A stretch of DNA of 64,000 nt. It comes from Nemertoderma westbladi. Taxonomy: Eukaryota; Animalia; Xenacoelomorpha. The translations under genes were made by a program, and so were the position numbers. Shown in pieces: positions 51,754 through 64,000 of the stretch. The notes below the pieces were generated by a model, which was not told where the DNA came from, did no database searches, and saw only the letters and a program-made list of their open reading frames with translations. Position 1 is the first letter of the stretch; each line of letters starts with the position of its first letter. Location of the stretch: contig JAUCBJ010007115.1 of NCBI GenBank assembly GCA_032718475.1, positions 47 through 64,046 on the forward strand, written 5' to 3'.

Positions 51754-52950
51754 TGTAAAAGCTTTTGCGGAATTGGCTGGTTATTTTCCCCGCAAAGTAC
51801 TCTGTAGTTGGTTTAACGGGCATAAAAGGCCGTTTCATTACTGTACTGGTGTTTTAGTGGACACAAAAAGCCATTTCATCTGTATGTGTACTTTAGCGGA
51901 CATAACTAGCAATTTTATGTCGCAATACGCTAAATCCTCTTGAAACAGTGTAGTTACTATGACGACAGCTAACAGCTGATCTGTACACGTGGAGCTTTTT
52001 CTTTGTTCTCTGTCGTTTCTTTGTTCGGTCAACCAATCAGAGCGTTTTTTGACTCTGTGTTGGAGATTGTATACAGAAACTCATGCAATTGAGTCAGTAT
52101 GTGTATTTTGTCCACAGCCAGAAGACCGGCTTTAGAATCTCTGTGTTTTCAGGCTTTAGCCCAACATTAGTAGGCTTAATTATAGAACGTATGTCTGTTA
52201 TCATACATAACTCAACTCATAACATACAACTCAATGCAATGTTACAATCTATCATATCATAACAATTTATACCTTAACATTTATACTGCTATTTACTGTC
52301 GGTTATTCTTTATATCAGTTGATGGAATATTATATTTGGAATATCGATGAATAATTACAAAACCCTCAATCTTCTTGATATACTGAAGGTAAGAGAGACC
52401 GGTTACATATAACGATTGCGACTCACCTTAAAGTGGTTTTGAAGTGAATCTAATGCTATTTCATAGGCACTACAGGTATCAGTTGTTGTTCTCTATATAT
52501 GTGACTAAAATTAGTGAAGGTCGGCAGATCGGTGTGCAGTATTATGCAGTAGTGTGTATGATTGTGAGTGATAACAAAGCATCTCCTAAAGAATGCGCCA
52601 TATACATGAATCTATAGCCATCCCGTTGTGACTAGTTTAAGTCATAGCTCTGTTTACATATTTAGAGCGCCACGTCCTAAAGGAACTGTTAATATTTCCC
52701 GAAAGTGAATAATATTTGTCAGAGATTATATATTACGATCAGTCGAATAGTACAGTAGGCTTACACCGCAATAAGATTAAGCCTCATGAATCCAGTCTCC
52801 CGGGTATATCCAGCGGGTGAATGGTCGCGCATAGACTGGCTTCGGCTAATGTAGTGTATCCAATACTCGTCATAGGCTAAAGTCGATTTATTATCTAGAA
52901 GACATCTTAATTTGGCAGGTTAAACTGCTAAAGGTCTGAAAGCGCGAACA
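51754..52950 (+). repeat. 3' LTR
   Basis: Direct repeat of 38365-39560. Confidence 0.95.
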
Positions 52951-53024
52951 GCTGCACTGACAGACTGTTGCGTATACCTGTCGGCCTGTATATGGCTGCA
53001 ATGGTAGAGTAGTCCTTGCTCCAA

Positions 53025-55302
53025 CTAGGCGACATTTCCAAATACAAAGAGATTTTCATTTTGGGAGATACCAACAGCGATACACTGAACTCACGCAACC
53101 CTAACACTGTAGCCGTACGAAGACGTCTTCTAGACTTCTGCAACTCCACTGGACTTAAACAGCTGATATCCGAACCCACCCGAATAACATCGAACTCAAA
53201 AACTACCATTGATCACATTTTTGCCAGTAACCCCAAATTTATATGTGACAGTGGAGTGATCAAATCAGGACTCAGTGACCACTGCATGGTATTTGTGTCC
53301 CGCAGCCACCTACATCAAAAACGTCCTCGACTCCAACAAAACAAACAGTAAAGTCCTCTGGAAAACCCTAAAGACACTCGGAGCGCCCACGAAAAGAGCG
53401 AAGTCGTCTACCGTAATATCAGCTATCGAAAATAATGGAGCCCTCCTTACAGACCCCACCGACATTGCCAATGTTCTGAACTCCTTCTTCACAAATATCT
53501 CAAAGACATTGGTAGACAAACTCCCATCTCCCTGCAACATCTACAACGGCCCCGCAGTCGAGCAGTTCTATGCCCTGAAACGAATCAAAAAAGACAGTTT
53601 CTCCCTCCAAACAGTCGATAGACAGATCGTATTTGACATTCTCACAAACCTAGACACCACCAAGGCCAGTGGACCCGACTCGATCAGCCCAAGAATACTT
53701 AAAGACGGAAGCCCGATCTTAAAGGACCACCTTGCCCACATTATAAACTCATCAATTACCTCAGCAATCTTTCCCACCGATTTTAAACTTGCCAAAGTCA
53801 ATCCAATCTTCAAAAAAGGCCCCCGCATCGTCCGTGATCACTACCGCCCCATTTCGCTGCTTCCAACTGCCTCCAAAGTCCTAGAAAAGGTTATCTTCGA
53901 ACAATTCAAAAGCTACATAGTAACCAACATACTCGACGATCTCCAATCCGGCGCCCGGACCGGCCACTCGGTACAAACCTGCCTCATCCACCTCGACGAC
54001 CTCATCCGAAATACAACCGACAAAGGAATGTTAGTAGGAATGGTTGCCATAGATATTAGAAAAGCCTACGACACCGTGCAGCACGACATCCTCCTACATA
54101 AGCTAAAGTGCATCAGACTGAACCAACACACCATAAATTGGTTCCGCTCCTACTTGTCAGGAAGATCACAATATGTTCAAATCGGAAACTCCACATCAAA
54201 AACACTCGATATCACATGCGGCACCCCCCAAGGAGCTCTCCTAGCTGTTTTACTGTTCTTAATCTATATCAACGACTTCAATCTAACTCTTGTTCCCACT
54301 AACTGTACCCCGACCCAAACGGTTTCATTGATGCCCCCCACAGCTTCTCCAGGTTCGGTGGTGCTCCCTGCGGCATCTCCAGGTAAGGTGGCGCTCCCCG
54401 CGGATTCCCAAGGTTCGTTGGTGCTCCCTGCGGCATCTCCAGGTAAGGTGGCGCTCCCCGCGGACTCCCAAGGTTCGGTGGCGCTCCCTGCGGCATCTCC
54501 AGGTACGGTGGCGCTCCCCGCGGACTCCCAAGGTTCGGTGGCGCTCCCTGCAGCATCTCCAGGTACGGTGGCACTCCCTGCAGCCTCTCCGGTTTCGGTG
54601 GCGCTCCCTGCGGCCTCTCCCGATTCGGAGGAGCTCCCTGCAGCCTCTCCAGGTTCGGAGGCACTCCCTGCGGCCTCCCAAGGTTCGTTGGCGCCCCCTG
54701 CGGACTCCCAAGTTTCGGTGGCGCTCCCCGCGGACACCCAAAGTCCGGTGGCGCTCCCCGCGGACAACCCAGGTTCGGTGGCGCTCCCTGCGGACTCCCA
54801 AGGTTCGTTGGCGCTCCCCGCGGGCTTCCAAGGTTCGTTGGCGCTCCCCGTGGGCTCCCAAGGTTCGGTGGCGCCCCCCGCAGACTCCCAAGGTTCGGTG
54901 GCGCTCCCCATGGACTCCCAAACTTCGGTGGTGCTCCCCGCGGACCACCCAGGTTCGGTGACGCTCCCTGCGGACTCCCAAGGTTCGTTGGCGCTCCCCA
55001 CGGACTCCCAAGGTTCGGTGGCGCTCCCCGCGGACTCCCAAGGTTCGGTGGCGCTCCCCGCGGACTACCCAGGTTCGGTGGCACCCGCGACGACCCCTCC
55101 GGGTTCCGTTCCACTCTCAACTGAGGTCACCCACCACGTCGCCAACACCAACAGCCTAAATCTCATGGTGGCACTGAAATACGTCGACAACACAAATATC
55201 CTCAAAACCAGACACAACTTAAAGGAAATTGAAACGTCACTCTCGGAAACACTGACCAGGGTAAATGCCTGGGCTGTCGATAACCGCCTTAGCATTCACC
55301 CC
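53025..55302 (+). mobile_element. CR1/L2-group LINE (endonuclease end, RT), decayed; its inverted 5' piece lies at 38344-38364 plus 52951-53025
   Basis: IFILGDTN, EPTRIT..IDHIF, SDHCMV, KASGPDSI, YRPISLLP, DIRKAYDTV, GTPQGALL, LIYIND, KYVDNT; most of the EN-RT linker is deleted near 53305. Confidence 0.88.
54330..55110. repeat. 30-bp GC-rich minisatellite, about 25 copies, in frame inside the RT ORF
   Basis: GGTTCGGTGGCGCTCCCCGCGGACTCCCAA repeated, encoding GSVALPADSQ. Confidence 0.95.
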
Positions 55303-55323
55303 TGATAATATATAGCATTCACC

Positions 55324-58300
55324 GGTGATAATATATGGCTCGCCCCACGGATACCCTGGGACGAGGGGGGGGGGGGAGACCTACCGGTGTTGGACAGTCA
55401 GTATGTCGGTGTTAGTCAGAGCACTGCAGTACATATTCTTTTATCTAGGCTACTTGTTACATGCCGTGACCGGTCCCCGGAGGACCCTATTATACATATC
55501 TATCTGACAGTATCTGCTATAGATAAAGGTTTTATTCGTCTGCTGCCTCGCAGCAATAGTAGATACGCCCACATGGCGCAGTGTGTAGGATAATTTGGGC
55601 CCATGCCGCCTAAATCCAAAGGGAAGATCACGTCCCCGCCCACGGCGGACAGCAGCGACGGCGACGAAACTCTAGAAGCCCGAGGCGGCAGTCGCGCCCC
55701 TATCCGAATGGACGACCTCGCGCGAATCCTCGCCCAACAGCAGACTGCTATGGCTCAGCTGCTGGCGCAACAGCAGGAGGACGCCAACCGTCGCCAGGAG
55801 GCTGCGGATGACCGCCTACTTCAACAACAGGCGGCCGCGGACGACCGCATCGCTAAACTCCTCGCAGCTTTACAACCCGGCGTGGCGGCGGCCGCCACAC
55901 CGGAACTACCGACGACCCAACCCACGTACGCGGGGGCCGTCACGAACCCGGTTCCCCGACGCCGGCTAATCGACATCTCGACAATGGAGAAGATCGACGT
56001 GGACGTTGAGTTCTCCATGTTCCGCCGGTGGAGACAGGCGTGGCGGGTCCACGCCCACCGACAACAGGTCGCTACGTTCCCGCGAGCCGAGCAGGTTTAC
56101 GCTCTCGTTGCTGCCCTCGGTAGCGGCCTACAGGAGACCATCCGCGTCACCCTGCACGTGGACATCGACGCGGACGATACAACCACGGAGACGGTCCTCG
56201 ATGCACTCCAGGGCCACCTCCGCGCCAAGAGGAGTATCGCGATCGACGCGATCAAGTTCCACGAGCGCCGGCAAGGCGCGACCGAGGGATTCGATTCCTT
56301 CCGGGTGGCCCTGGAGGATCTCGCAGACACTGCGGAGCTCTGCGGGAACTGCCGCGACCGGCAGATCGTTACCCAGATCCTAGTGGGTCTTCGATGTTCA
56401 GAGACCCGGACAGAACTCCTCAAGGCAGCAAGGTTCTTCCTCAACCGACCCTCGAGGACTGCGTGAGGATTGCGCAGAGCGTGGAAGCCAGCGAACGGAA
56501 CGACTCGATCCTCGCGAGCGGGAAACCAGTAAACAAACTCTCCGCGTACAAACGCGAACGCTCGGCCTCCCGCAACCCCGCTATCTCCCGCTCCCCGATG
56601 AGCACCCAGAACTCATCACCCGACCCCGCGTGGCGGAACCCTAGCGAACCCCATGAGGCGGGCTCGGAATGCCCCGCCAAGGGGGTCAAGTGCCACGGCT
56701 GTGGCAGGACGGGGCATATCAAGCGGATGTGCCAGTCCCGATCCGCCACCAAGAAGAGGGTGTCCACAGTGTACCACTGCCAGAGTATTAGCAGCGTTGC
56801 CAACCATCAGGAAACAGCCTGCAAACTCTCTTATATCGCGGTGGGCCTGACGGACTCCGGGATCGGGAACCTCAAGGGGACGGGTCGTCACTCCCTCCCG
56901 GATAGCGGTGCGGCCGCTAATATCTTCAACCAGGGACTGTTTCTCCGGTTAGGAGGGCGACTCGACGACCTCCTCCCGCTTCGAGACGACGACAAATTCG
57001 AGGCGGCCAACCGACTCCCCATGGCGGCCGTGGGGCGGTACCCAGTGGAGATCAACTACTGCGGGACGACGGCGACCACCGAGCTGGTCATCTCTCCCGA
57101 GTCCGACGGACTGATCCTCTCGAAGAAGACCATCCAGGACCTGGATATCCTCCCGCGCACCTTCCCGGCTCCCCTACACAGCCGCGGAACCGTCGCTTCT
57201 GTTGCTCCGTCCCCGGCGATCCGCTCCCGGGACAATCTCCTCCGCGAGTTCAGCGACGTGTTCGACAACGACTCCGCGCCTCTTCCAACGATGCATGGCC
57301 CGCCCATGCGTATACAGCTGAAGGATGGGGCCATTCCACGTCAACGGCGCGCGACCTGTCCCGTTCGCGATGCGGGAGGAGGTGAAAGAACTCCTCGACA
57401 AGCTAGAGCGACGGGAAGTCATCACCCGGGTCGAGGAACCTACGGAATGGGCCCATCCGATGACGGTGGCGCCTAAACCCAACGGAGGACTGCGACTCTG
57501 CGTGGACCTTCGCCACCTAAACTCGCAGGTCCAACGCCCCTATTACCCAACGCCGAATCCACGGACCGCAGTCGCCGGAGTCTCCACGACTGCAAAGATT
57601 TTCTCCATGTTCGACGCAGCCAGTGGCTACTGGCAGGTTCCCCTCGACGAGGAATCCCAACTCCTCACCACCTTCGCGACTACCTGGGGCCGGTACTGTC
57701 ACACTCGTAGTGTGATGGGGCTGATCTCGTCCGGCGACGAGTTTAACCGTTGAGGCGACGACGCCATCCAGGGACTTCCTAACCTCATCAAGGTTGTAGA
57801 CGATGTACTCCTCTACAACGATACAATGGAGGAACACATGGAGAACATTGCGAGGTTTATGGAGCGGTGCCGGACCTACGAGATCACGTTACACCCGGGG
57901 AAGGTTCAGTTTGCCCAGACCGAGGTTCGGTTCGCTGGGTACCTCGTCGGCGCCTCCGGGATAAGGCCGACCCCGAGAAACTGAAGGCGATTGCCGCCTT
58001 CCCCCGCCCTGGGAACATCACCGATCTCCGGAGCGAGCTTCCTCGGACTGGTGGAGCAACTCGCTCCGTTCTCAGCAGACCTCGCTGCCGCGATGTCCCC
58101 GCTACGTCCCCTCCTAAGCACGAAGGCGACCTTCATCTGGACGGTGGACCACGAACGGGCCTTCGAGACAACCAAGCTGGCTCTGACGTCACCGCCGGCC
58201 CTCGTCCCGTTCGACACGACCCGGGAAACCCGTCTAGTGACAGACGCGTCCCGGCTGAAGGGCCTCGGCTACGCCCTCCTCCAACTTCACGGGGAGGACT

Positions 58301-60342
58301 GGAAGCTGGTCGAGTGCGGCTCGAGGTTCACCACCGAGACCGAGTCCCGGTATGCCATGGTAGAACTCGAGCTGCTCGCCGTCGTATGGGCAGTGCAAAA
58401 ATGCCGTATGTACCTTCTCGGCCTCCCACACTTCAACCTAATCGTAGACCACCAGCCGTTGGTGACGATCATCGACAAATACACGGTGGACGCGACCGAC
58501 AACACGCGCCTCCAGCGGCTCAAAACGAAACTGGCTCCCTACCAGTTTACCACCACGTGGACAAAGGGGAAGGACCACGCCATAGCCGACGCGTTGTCCC
58601 GCGTCCCCGTCAATGACCCGACACCGGACGACATCGTGGACGACGGCGAAATGGCGACGTACATCCGGGCCGTCACCCGCCAGACCGCCGCCGACATAAC
58701 CGGCTCCGATTCCGCCCACCTTGCGGATCCAGTCCTCAATGAACTCGCCCGACTGGCTCGGAACGATCCGGACTACAAAGCCCTACTCGCGGCTATCGAG
58801 GCTGGGTTTCCGGAATCCACCCGGACGAACCCAGCGGTGAACATCTTCTGGTCTGTCCGGGACCAGTTAACCACGGACGGGGACCTGGCCCTGCTGGGCC
58901 ATCGCATTGTGGTCCCCACAGCGTCGCGGAAATCTACCCTTACGCGCCTCCACGCATCGCACCAGGGGGTGGAGAAGACGCTACGACGTGCCCGGCAGTG
59001 TGTCTACTGGCCGGGCATAACTAACGATATCCGGACGACCGTGGGCGCTTGCAGCGAATGTCTGACCAGCCGATCGAGCCAGACAAAGGAGTCGTTCCAG
59101 TCGGAACCTCCACCCACTCGACCCTTCGAGGACATTTCGGGAGACTTCTTCTCCCTTGGGGCGAAGCACTTCCTGGCCGCCGCCGACCGATATTCCGGAT
59201 GGCCGGAAGTGTACTCGTTTTCCGCCCCACCCACTGCCGACCGGACAATCACAGCCCTGCGAGACTGGTTCATCCGGTACGGGGTGCCGACCCGCTTTCG
59301 CTCGGATGGCGGGACCCCATTCACCGCGGCAGCGACGACGAAATTCCTGAAGGAATGGGGGGTCACACCGGTCACGTCGTCACCGGAATACCCCCAGAGT
59401 AACGGGCACGCCGAGTCGGCGGTAAAGGCCCTGAAGAGCCTTCTGGTAAAGACCGGGGGCTCAACTACGTCCGAAGTGTTCCTGGAGGGGCTCCTGGAAC
59501 TCCGCAACAGCCCCAGGGAGAGCGGCTCTTCCCCAGCGGACATTGTCTTCGGACACCCAATGCGCACGCGTGTCGAAGCTCACCACACCGCCTTCGCCCG
59601 GACTATACAAGAGACCCGGACGGAGCTAGACCGGGTGGTGCCAGCCATCAAATCGGCCCGGACCACCCAGTACAACCGCGGCGCAAAGATTTGGAACCTC
59701 TCACGGTAGGCGCCCGGGTAAGGGTTCAACACCCGACCACCAAGCGATGGGATCGCGCTGGAACCGTCGTAGAGACTGGTTCCCACCGGAAGTATACAGT
59801 CCGGATGCCGTCCGGACGCACCCTTGTCCGGAACAGACGCTTACTAATCCCGGACACCGCCCACCAGGCGACACCAACGGGCCCTCTGCCACCGGATGCG
59901 GCCCCAACGGGACCCACACCCACCAAGAAACTGCGCTGGCGTGAACCCCTAATGGAAACTCAGACCTTCGATAAACTTTCAGTTTCGAGGTATCCAAAAC
60001 GGACGCGTCAGCAACCCGACAGACTGTAGGACAGAACGGTTGATAGCTCGGCACAGCCTTAGACGGCTAATCCAAGCTCGTAAGGGGGTGTGGTGATAAT
60101 ATATGGCTCGCCCCACGGATACCCTGGGACGAGGGGGGGGGGGGGAGACCTACCGGTGTTGGACAGTCAGTATGTCGGTGTTAGTCAGAGCACTGCAGTA
60201 CATATTCTTTTATCTAGGCTACTTGTTACATGCCGTGACCGGTCCCCGGAGGACCCTATTATACATATCTATCTGACAGTATCTGCTATAGATAAAGGTT
60301 TTATTCGTCTGCTGCCTCGCAGCAATAGTAGATACGCCCACA
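55324..60342 (+). mobile_element. GC-rich Ty3/Gypsy element with disrupted gag-pol
   Basis: LTRs 55324-55573 (first 3 nt missing) and 60089-60342; PBS TGGCGCAGT; PPT AAGGGGG; no TSD. Confidence 0.93.
55603..60029 (+). pseudogene. Gypsy gag-pol in at least 5 frame segments
   Basis: CHGCGRTGHIKRMC, LPDSGA, LRLCVDLRHLN, DAASGYWQ, KVVDD, TDASRLKGLG, HASHQG..CSEC, SDGGTPF, PQSNGHAE; frameshifts near 56440, 57340, 57960, 58030, 59690 and a stop at 57751. Confidence 0.9.
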
Positions 60343-63026
60343 CTATGTAAAATCATTTTGAGGAAGTCACACGCTATTTGCACAAAAAACACCCTATATG
60401 GGACGAAAACAACCTATTTGGGACAAATTGAAATTAAAGCTATGGTAGTGAATTCTATATTCTTTTGAGTATTCCATTACATTTCGAAACTATTTGAAAT
60501 CATTATAAGCACTTCACACCCTATACGGGACACAAACACCCTATACGGGACACAAACACCCTATATGGGACACAAACAACCTATTTGGGACAAATTTAAA
60601 TTAAAGTTATGATAGTGAATTCTATTTTCTTTTGAGTATTTCCATTATATTTATAAACTATGTAAAATCATTTTGAGGAAGTCACACGCTATTCGGCACA
60701 AAAACACCCTATATGGGACGAAAACAACCTATTTGGGACAAATTGAAATTAAAGCTATGATAGTGAATTCTATATTCTTTTGAGTATTCCATTACATTTC
60801 GAAACTATTTGAAATCATTATAAGCACTTCACACCCTATACGGGACACAAACACCCTATATGGGACACAAACAACCTATTTGGGACAAATTTCAATTAGA
60901 GCTATGATAGTGAATTCTATTTTCTTTTGAATATTCCATTATATTTATAAACTATGTAAAATTATTTTGAGAAAGTCATACGCTATTTGGCACACAAACA
61001 CCCTATATGGGACTCAAACACCCTATATGGGACACAAACAACCTATTTGGAACATATTTAAATGAAAGCTATGATAGTGAATTCTATATTCTTTTGAGTA
61101 TTCCATTACATTTCGAAACAATTTGAAATCATTATAAGCACTTCACACCCTATACGGGACACAAACACCCTATATGGAACACAAACAACCTATTTGGGAC
61201 AAATTTAAATTAAAGCAATGATAGTGAATTATATTTTATTTTGAGTATTCCATTATATTTATAAACTATGTAAAATCATTTTGAGAAAGTCATACGCTAT
61301 TTGGCACACAAACACCCTATATGGGACAAAAACAACCTATTTGGGACAAATTTAAATTAACCCTATTAAACCCGGGGGGGGGGGGGGTCAATATGACCCA
61401 TCCCGTGGTTTTTTTATTATAATTCTGAAACTAACGCAGTTGGGAATCTGAAATTTTATGACTTTTCCTAAAAATCTATTGTCTTCCTAGTAGTGAAAAC
61501 CGTTTTCAAAAATATTGGGTACTTTTCGAGTTATAGCACAGTTTTTTAACCCTACTTTTGGCACTTTTTTTAAGACGTTTTTTGAAAATTACATTTCATT
61601 AAATATTAATTGTAACATCTCTATTTTTGATTTACACCGGTTTTTTGGTGTTAGAAATTTGATGGAATTCATATAAATTGATTTAGAAATTTCAAACTTG
61701 TTTTTTTCGGTGGGTGCCAAATTTTGGTGCCAGCACCAAATTTTGAAATAAGTCCATTTTGTAAATTGATCGTTTGAAACTTGTTTTTTACGCAATTGGG
61801 GTTTTTTGGGTTTCTGGATTCGATGAAATATATACGAGTTGCACCAAGCGTATCAAACTTGTATTTTTCGGTGCTGTGTGCAAATTTTGGTGCTAGCACG
61901 AAATTTTGAAAATCTGTTCAATAGATAAAATTGCTTGTGACAATTTATTTCTTGCGTTTTAGAGGTTTATGGCTGTTCTGAATTCAATGGAAAATATAAT
62001 TATCGAACTAGACTTCTCATACTTGTATTTTTCGGATGTGGGTGCAAAATGTGGTGCTAGCACCAAATTTTGAAAACCATCAAATATATCAATTGATTGT
62101 GTCACCTTGTTTCTTGCGTTATACGGGTTTGTGATGGTTCTGAATTCAATGGAATCAATAAAAATTTCATAAGAGTTCTCAAACTTGTATTTTTCGCCGG
62201 TGGGTGAAAATTGTTGTGCCAGCACCAAATTTTGGAAAATATGCAAATTAATAAGTAGATAGTATCACCTTGTTTCTTGCGTTATACGGGTTTATGAGGG
62301 TCCTGAATCCGATGGAATCAATAAAAACAGCACTGGACATCGCAAACTTGTACTTTTTGGTGATGGGTACGAAATTTGGTGCAAGCACCAAAATTTGCCA
62401 AATTACGCCGAAAAATACAAGTAGCAATGATCTGGCATATTAGAAATGTATTCCATTAGAATCAGCGCCCTCGAAAACCTGAAAATGTGAATTTATAGCA
62501 TCGTATAAGTGAATTAAAAATTTTTTGTTCTAACTGAAAAGTGCTGGTTACTTGTTTTTTTCATTTTTTTTCCTACGCAGAGAGGACTAAACAGCTATTT
62601 ATAGTAATCATATCATTTTTTAATATTTTGCAATGTATTTTGCACCCCAGAAAACCTGTATTGAAAAATAATTAGCCGAAAATGTAACTTTCAAATTTTG
62701 TGAAAATTGTGCATTACTTGTAATTTTGGTGCTGCAATATAACCACCCCAGTACATTTTTTCGAAATTTTTTTTTATCGGTCGGATCCAGACAAGTGATA
62801 TCTACGCACAAACAAAAAATCAGCCGTTTTCGTTAATATTTGTAGATTTTAGAGGGGGGGGGGGGTCAATATGACCCCCTCCCGGTATTTGTACAACATT
62901 TTATAGCCCGGTACTAATAGGGTTAAAGCTATGATAGTGAATTATATTTTCTTTTGGGTATTCCATAATATTTATAAACTATGTAAAATCATTTTGAGAA
63001 AATGTCACGCAATTTGGGACACAAAT
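60343..63026. repeat. AT-rich satellite (about 140-160 bp monomers in alternating types, with 20-bp subrepeats), interrupted at 61361-62922
   Basis: GGGACACAAACACCCTATAT subrepeats and ATGATAGTGAATTCTAT recur; register resumes at 62923. Confidence 0.9.
61361..62922. mobile_element. Non-autonomous piggyBac-like element
   Basis: TTAA|CCCTATTA...TAATAGGG|TTAA; GGGGGGTCAATATGACCC near both ends; internal degenerate repeats of about 120-180 bp. Confidence 0.88.
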
Positions 63027-64000
63027 TGTAAAAGCTTTTGTGGGATAACTGATTCGTTTGCCTTGTTGGCCAGTTCCCCCCCGGTCGCTAGAATACTCTA
63101 AAGGGGATCTATAGTTAAAATAGTGCAAGCTACCAGCTTATTGGCTGATGTGCTGTACGCAGGTATCTGGGCTCTGTTTAATCGGCCAACCAGCCTAAGA
63201 AGGTTGCGTCATAGCCTTGTTTTGTATCTCCCAATAGAATTTGAGTTAGCCTTGATTTTGACCTATCACAGAGATACTGAACTGAAATTTTCCTATCTCA
63301 CTGCTCTTTCTCTGTGTTGAACGGGAGCTTCGTGGAATAAGGGTAGTTGGTATCCTCGTATAGAGCAGTAGTCACGAGTTTTTCAAAGCCACGAAAGAAC
63401 GGCTTTGTAGTGTTTTGTGCTTTCTGCTTTTTAGCTCAACACTAGTAGGTTTAATTATAAGGACATATATCCTTTAACTCATGGAATCACTGATCTGTGA
63501 ATACTGCTGACACACGGCTTTTAATAACTGCTGAAACTGCTAAAATTTACCTGCTCAATCAATACTGTATACTGCTATTTGTTGTCGGTTATTCATTATA
63601 TTTGTTGATGAATTATTATATTGGAATAACGAGAAATAACCCCGAAAACCCAATATTCTTGATATACCGAAGGTAAGAGAGAAAGGTTACCAATAACGAT
63701 TGTGACTTATGTTAAAGTGGTTTGAAGTGAATCTAATGTTATTTGATAGACCCTACATGAGTCAGTCAGTGTTCCTTTTATATGTAACTAAAATCAGTGA
63801 AGATTGGCAGATTAGTGTGCAGTATTGTGCAGCATTGTGTACGAGTGAGTCTGTTAAAGAAGCATTTCCTAAAGAATGCGCCATATATGTGAATTATAAT
63901 TAAGCCATATCGTTGTGAGTAGTTTAAGTCATAACTCTGTTTATATAGATAAAGCGCCACGTCCTAAAGGAACTGTTAATATTCCCTAAGGTGAATAATA
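63027..64000 (+). mobile_element. Diverged relative of the BEL/Pao LTR inserted in the satellite; runs off the window
   Basis: Starts TGTAAAAGCTTTTG; shares GAAGGTAAGAGAGA, AAAGTGGTTTGAAGTGAATCTAATG, GCGCCACGTCCTAAAGGAACTGTTAATATT. Confidence 0.85.

Larger units (their letters stand above)
38365..52950 (+). mobile_element. BEL/Pao LTR retrotransposon, non-autonomous
   Basis: TG..CA LTRs of 1196/1197 bp; 5-bp TSD GCTGC (38360-38364 and 52951-52955); PPT-like GGGAGCGG before 51754; BEL-type Gag and protease. Confidence 0.93.

Noticed and set aside
54264-55120. Three long minus-strand repeat ORFs
   Set aside because: A 30-bp GC-rich unit without stops is open in several frames.

Overview
This is eukaryotic, probably invertebrate, genomic DNA made almost entirely of nested transposable elements and tandem repeats, with one likely host gene: a C2H2 zinc-finger array at 29984-31773. 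Nest 1: a CR1/L2 LINE is split by a Sola2-like DNA transposon (4291-14458), itself split by an intact Gypsy element (7314-13716, identical LTRs, LADD in RT). Nest 2: a 5'-inverted CR1-type LINE is split by a 14.6-kb BEL/Pao element (38365-52950, TSD GCTGC), whose gag is split by an RTE LINE. Also present: a decayed GC-rich Gypsy (55324-60342), a long RTE LINE, hAT, piggyBac-like and palindromic MITEs, a solo LTR, a 975-bp triplication and several satellites. The most striking signal is in the BEL/Pao element: it lacks a tRNA primer-binding site, and the 13 nt after its 5' LTR are complementary to a site inside the LTR, suggesting self-priming. It also has an in-frame, enzyme-deleted pol and a decayed extra ORF in the env position. 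All calls come from reading the sequence by eye; no database searches were run.
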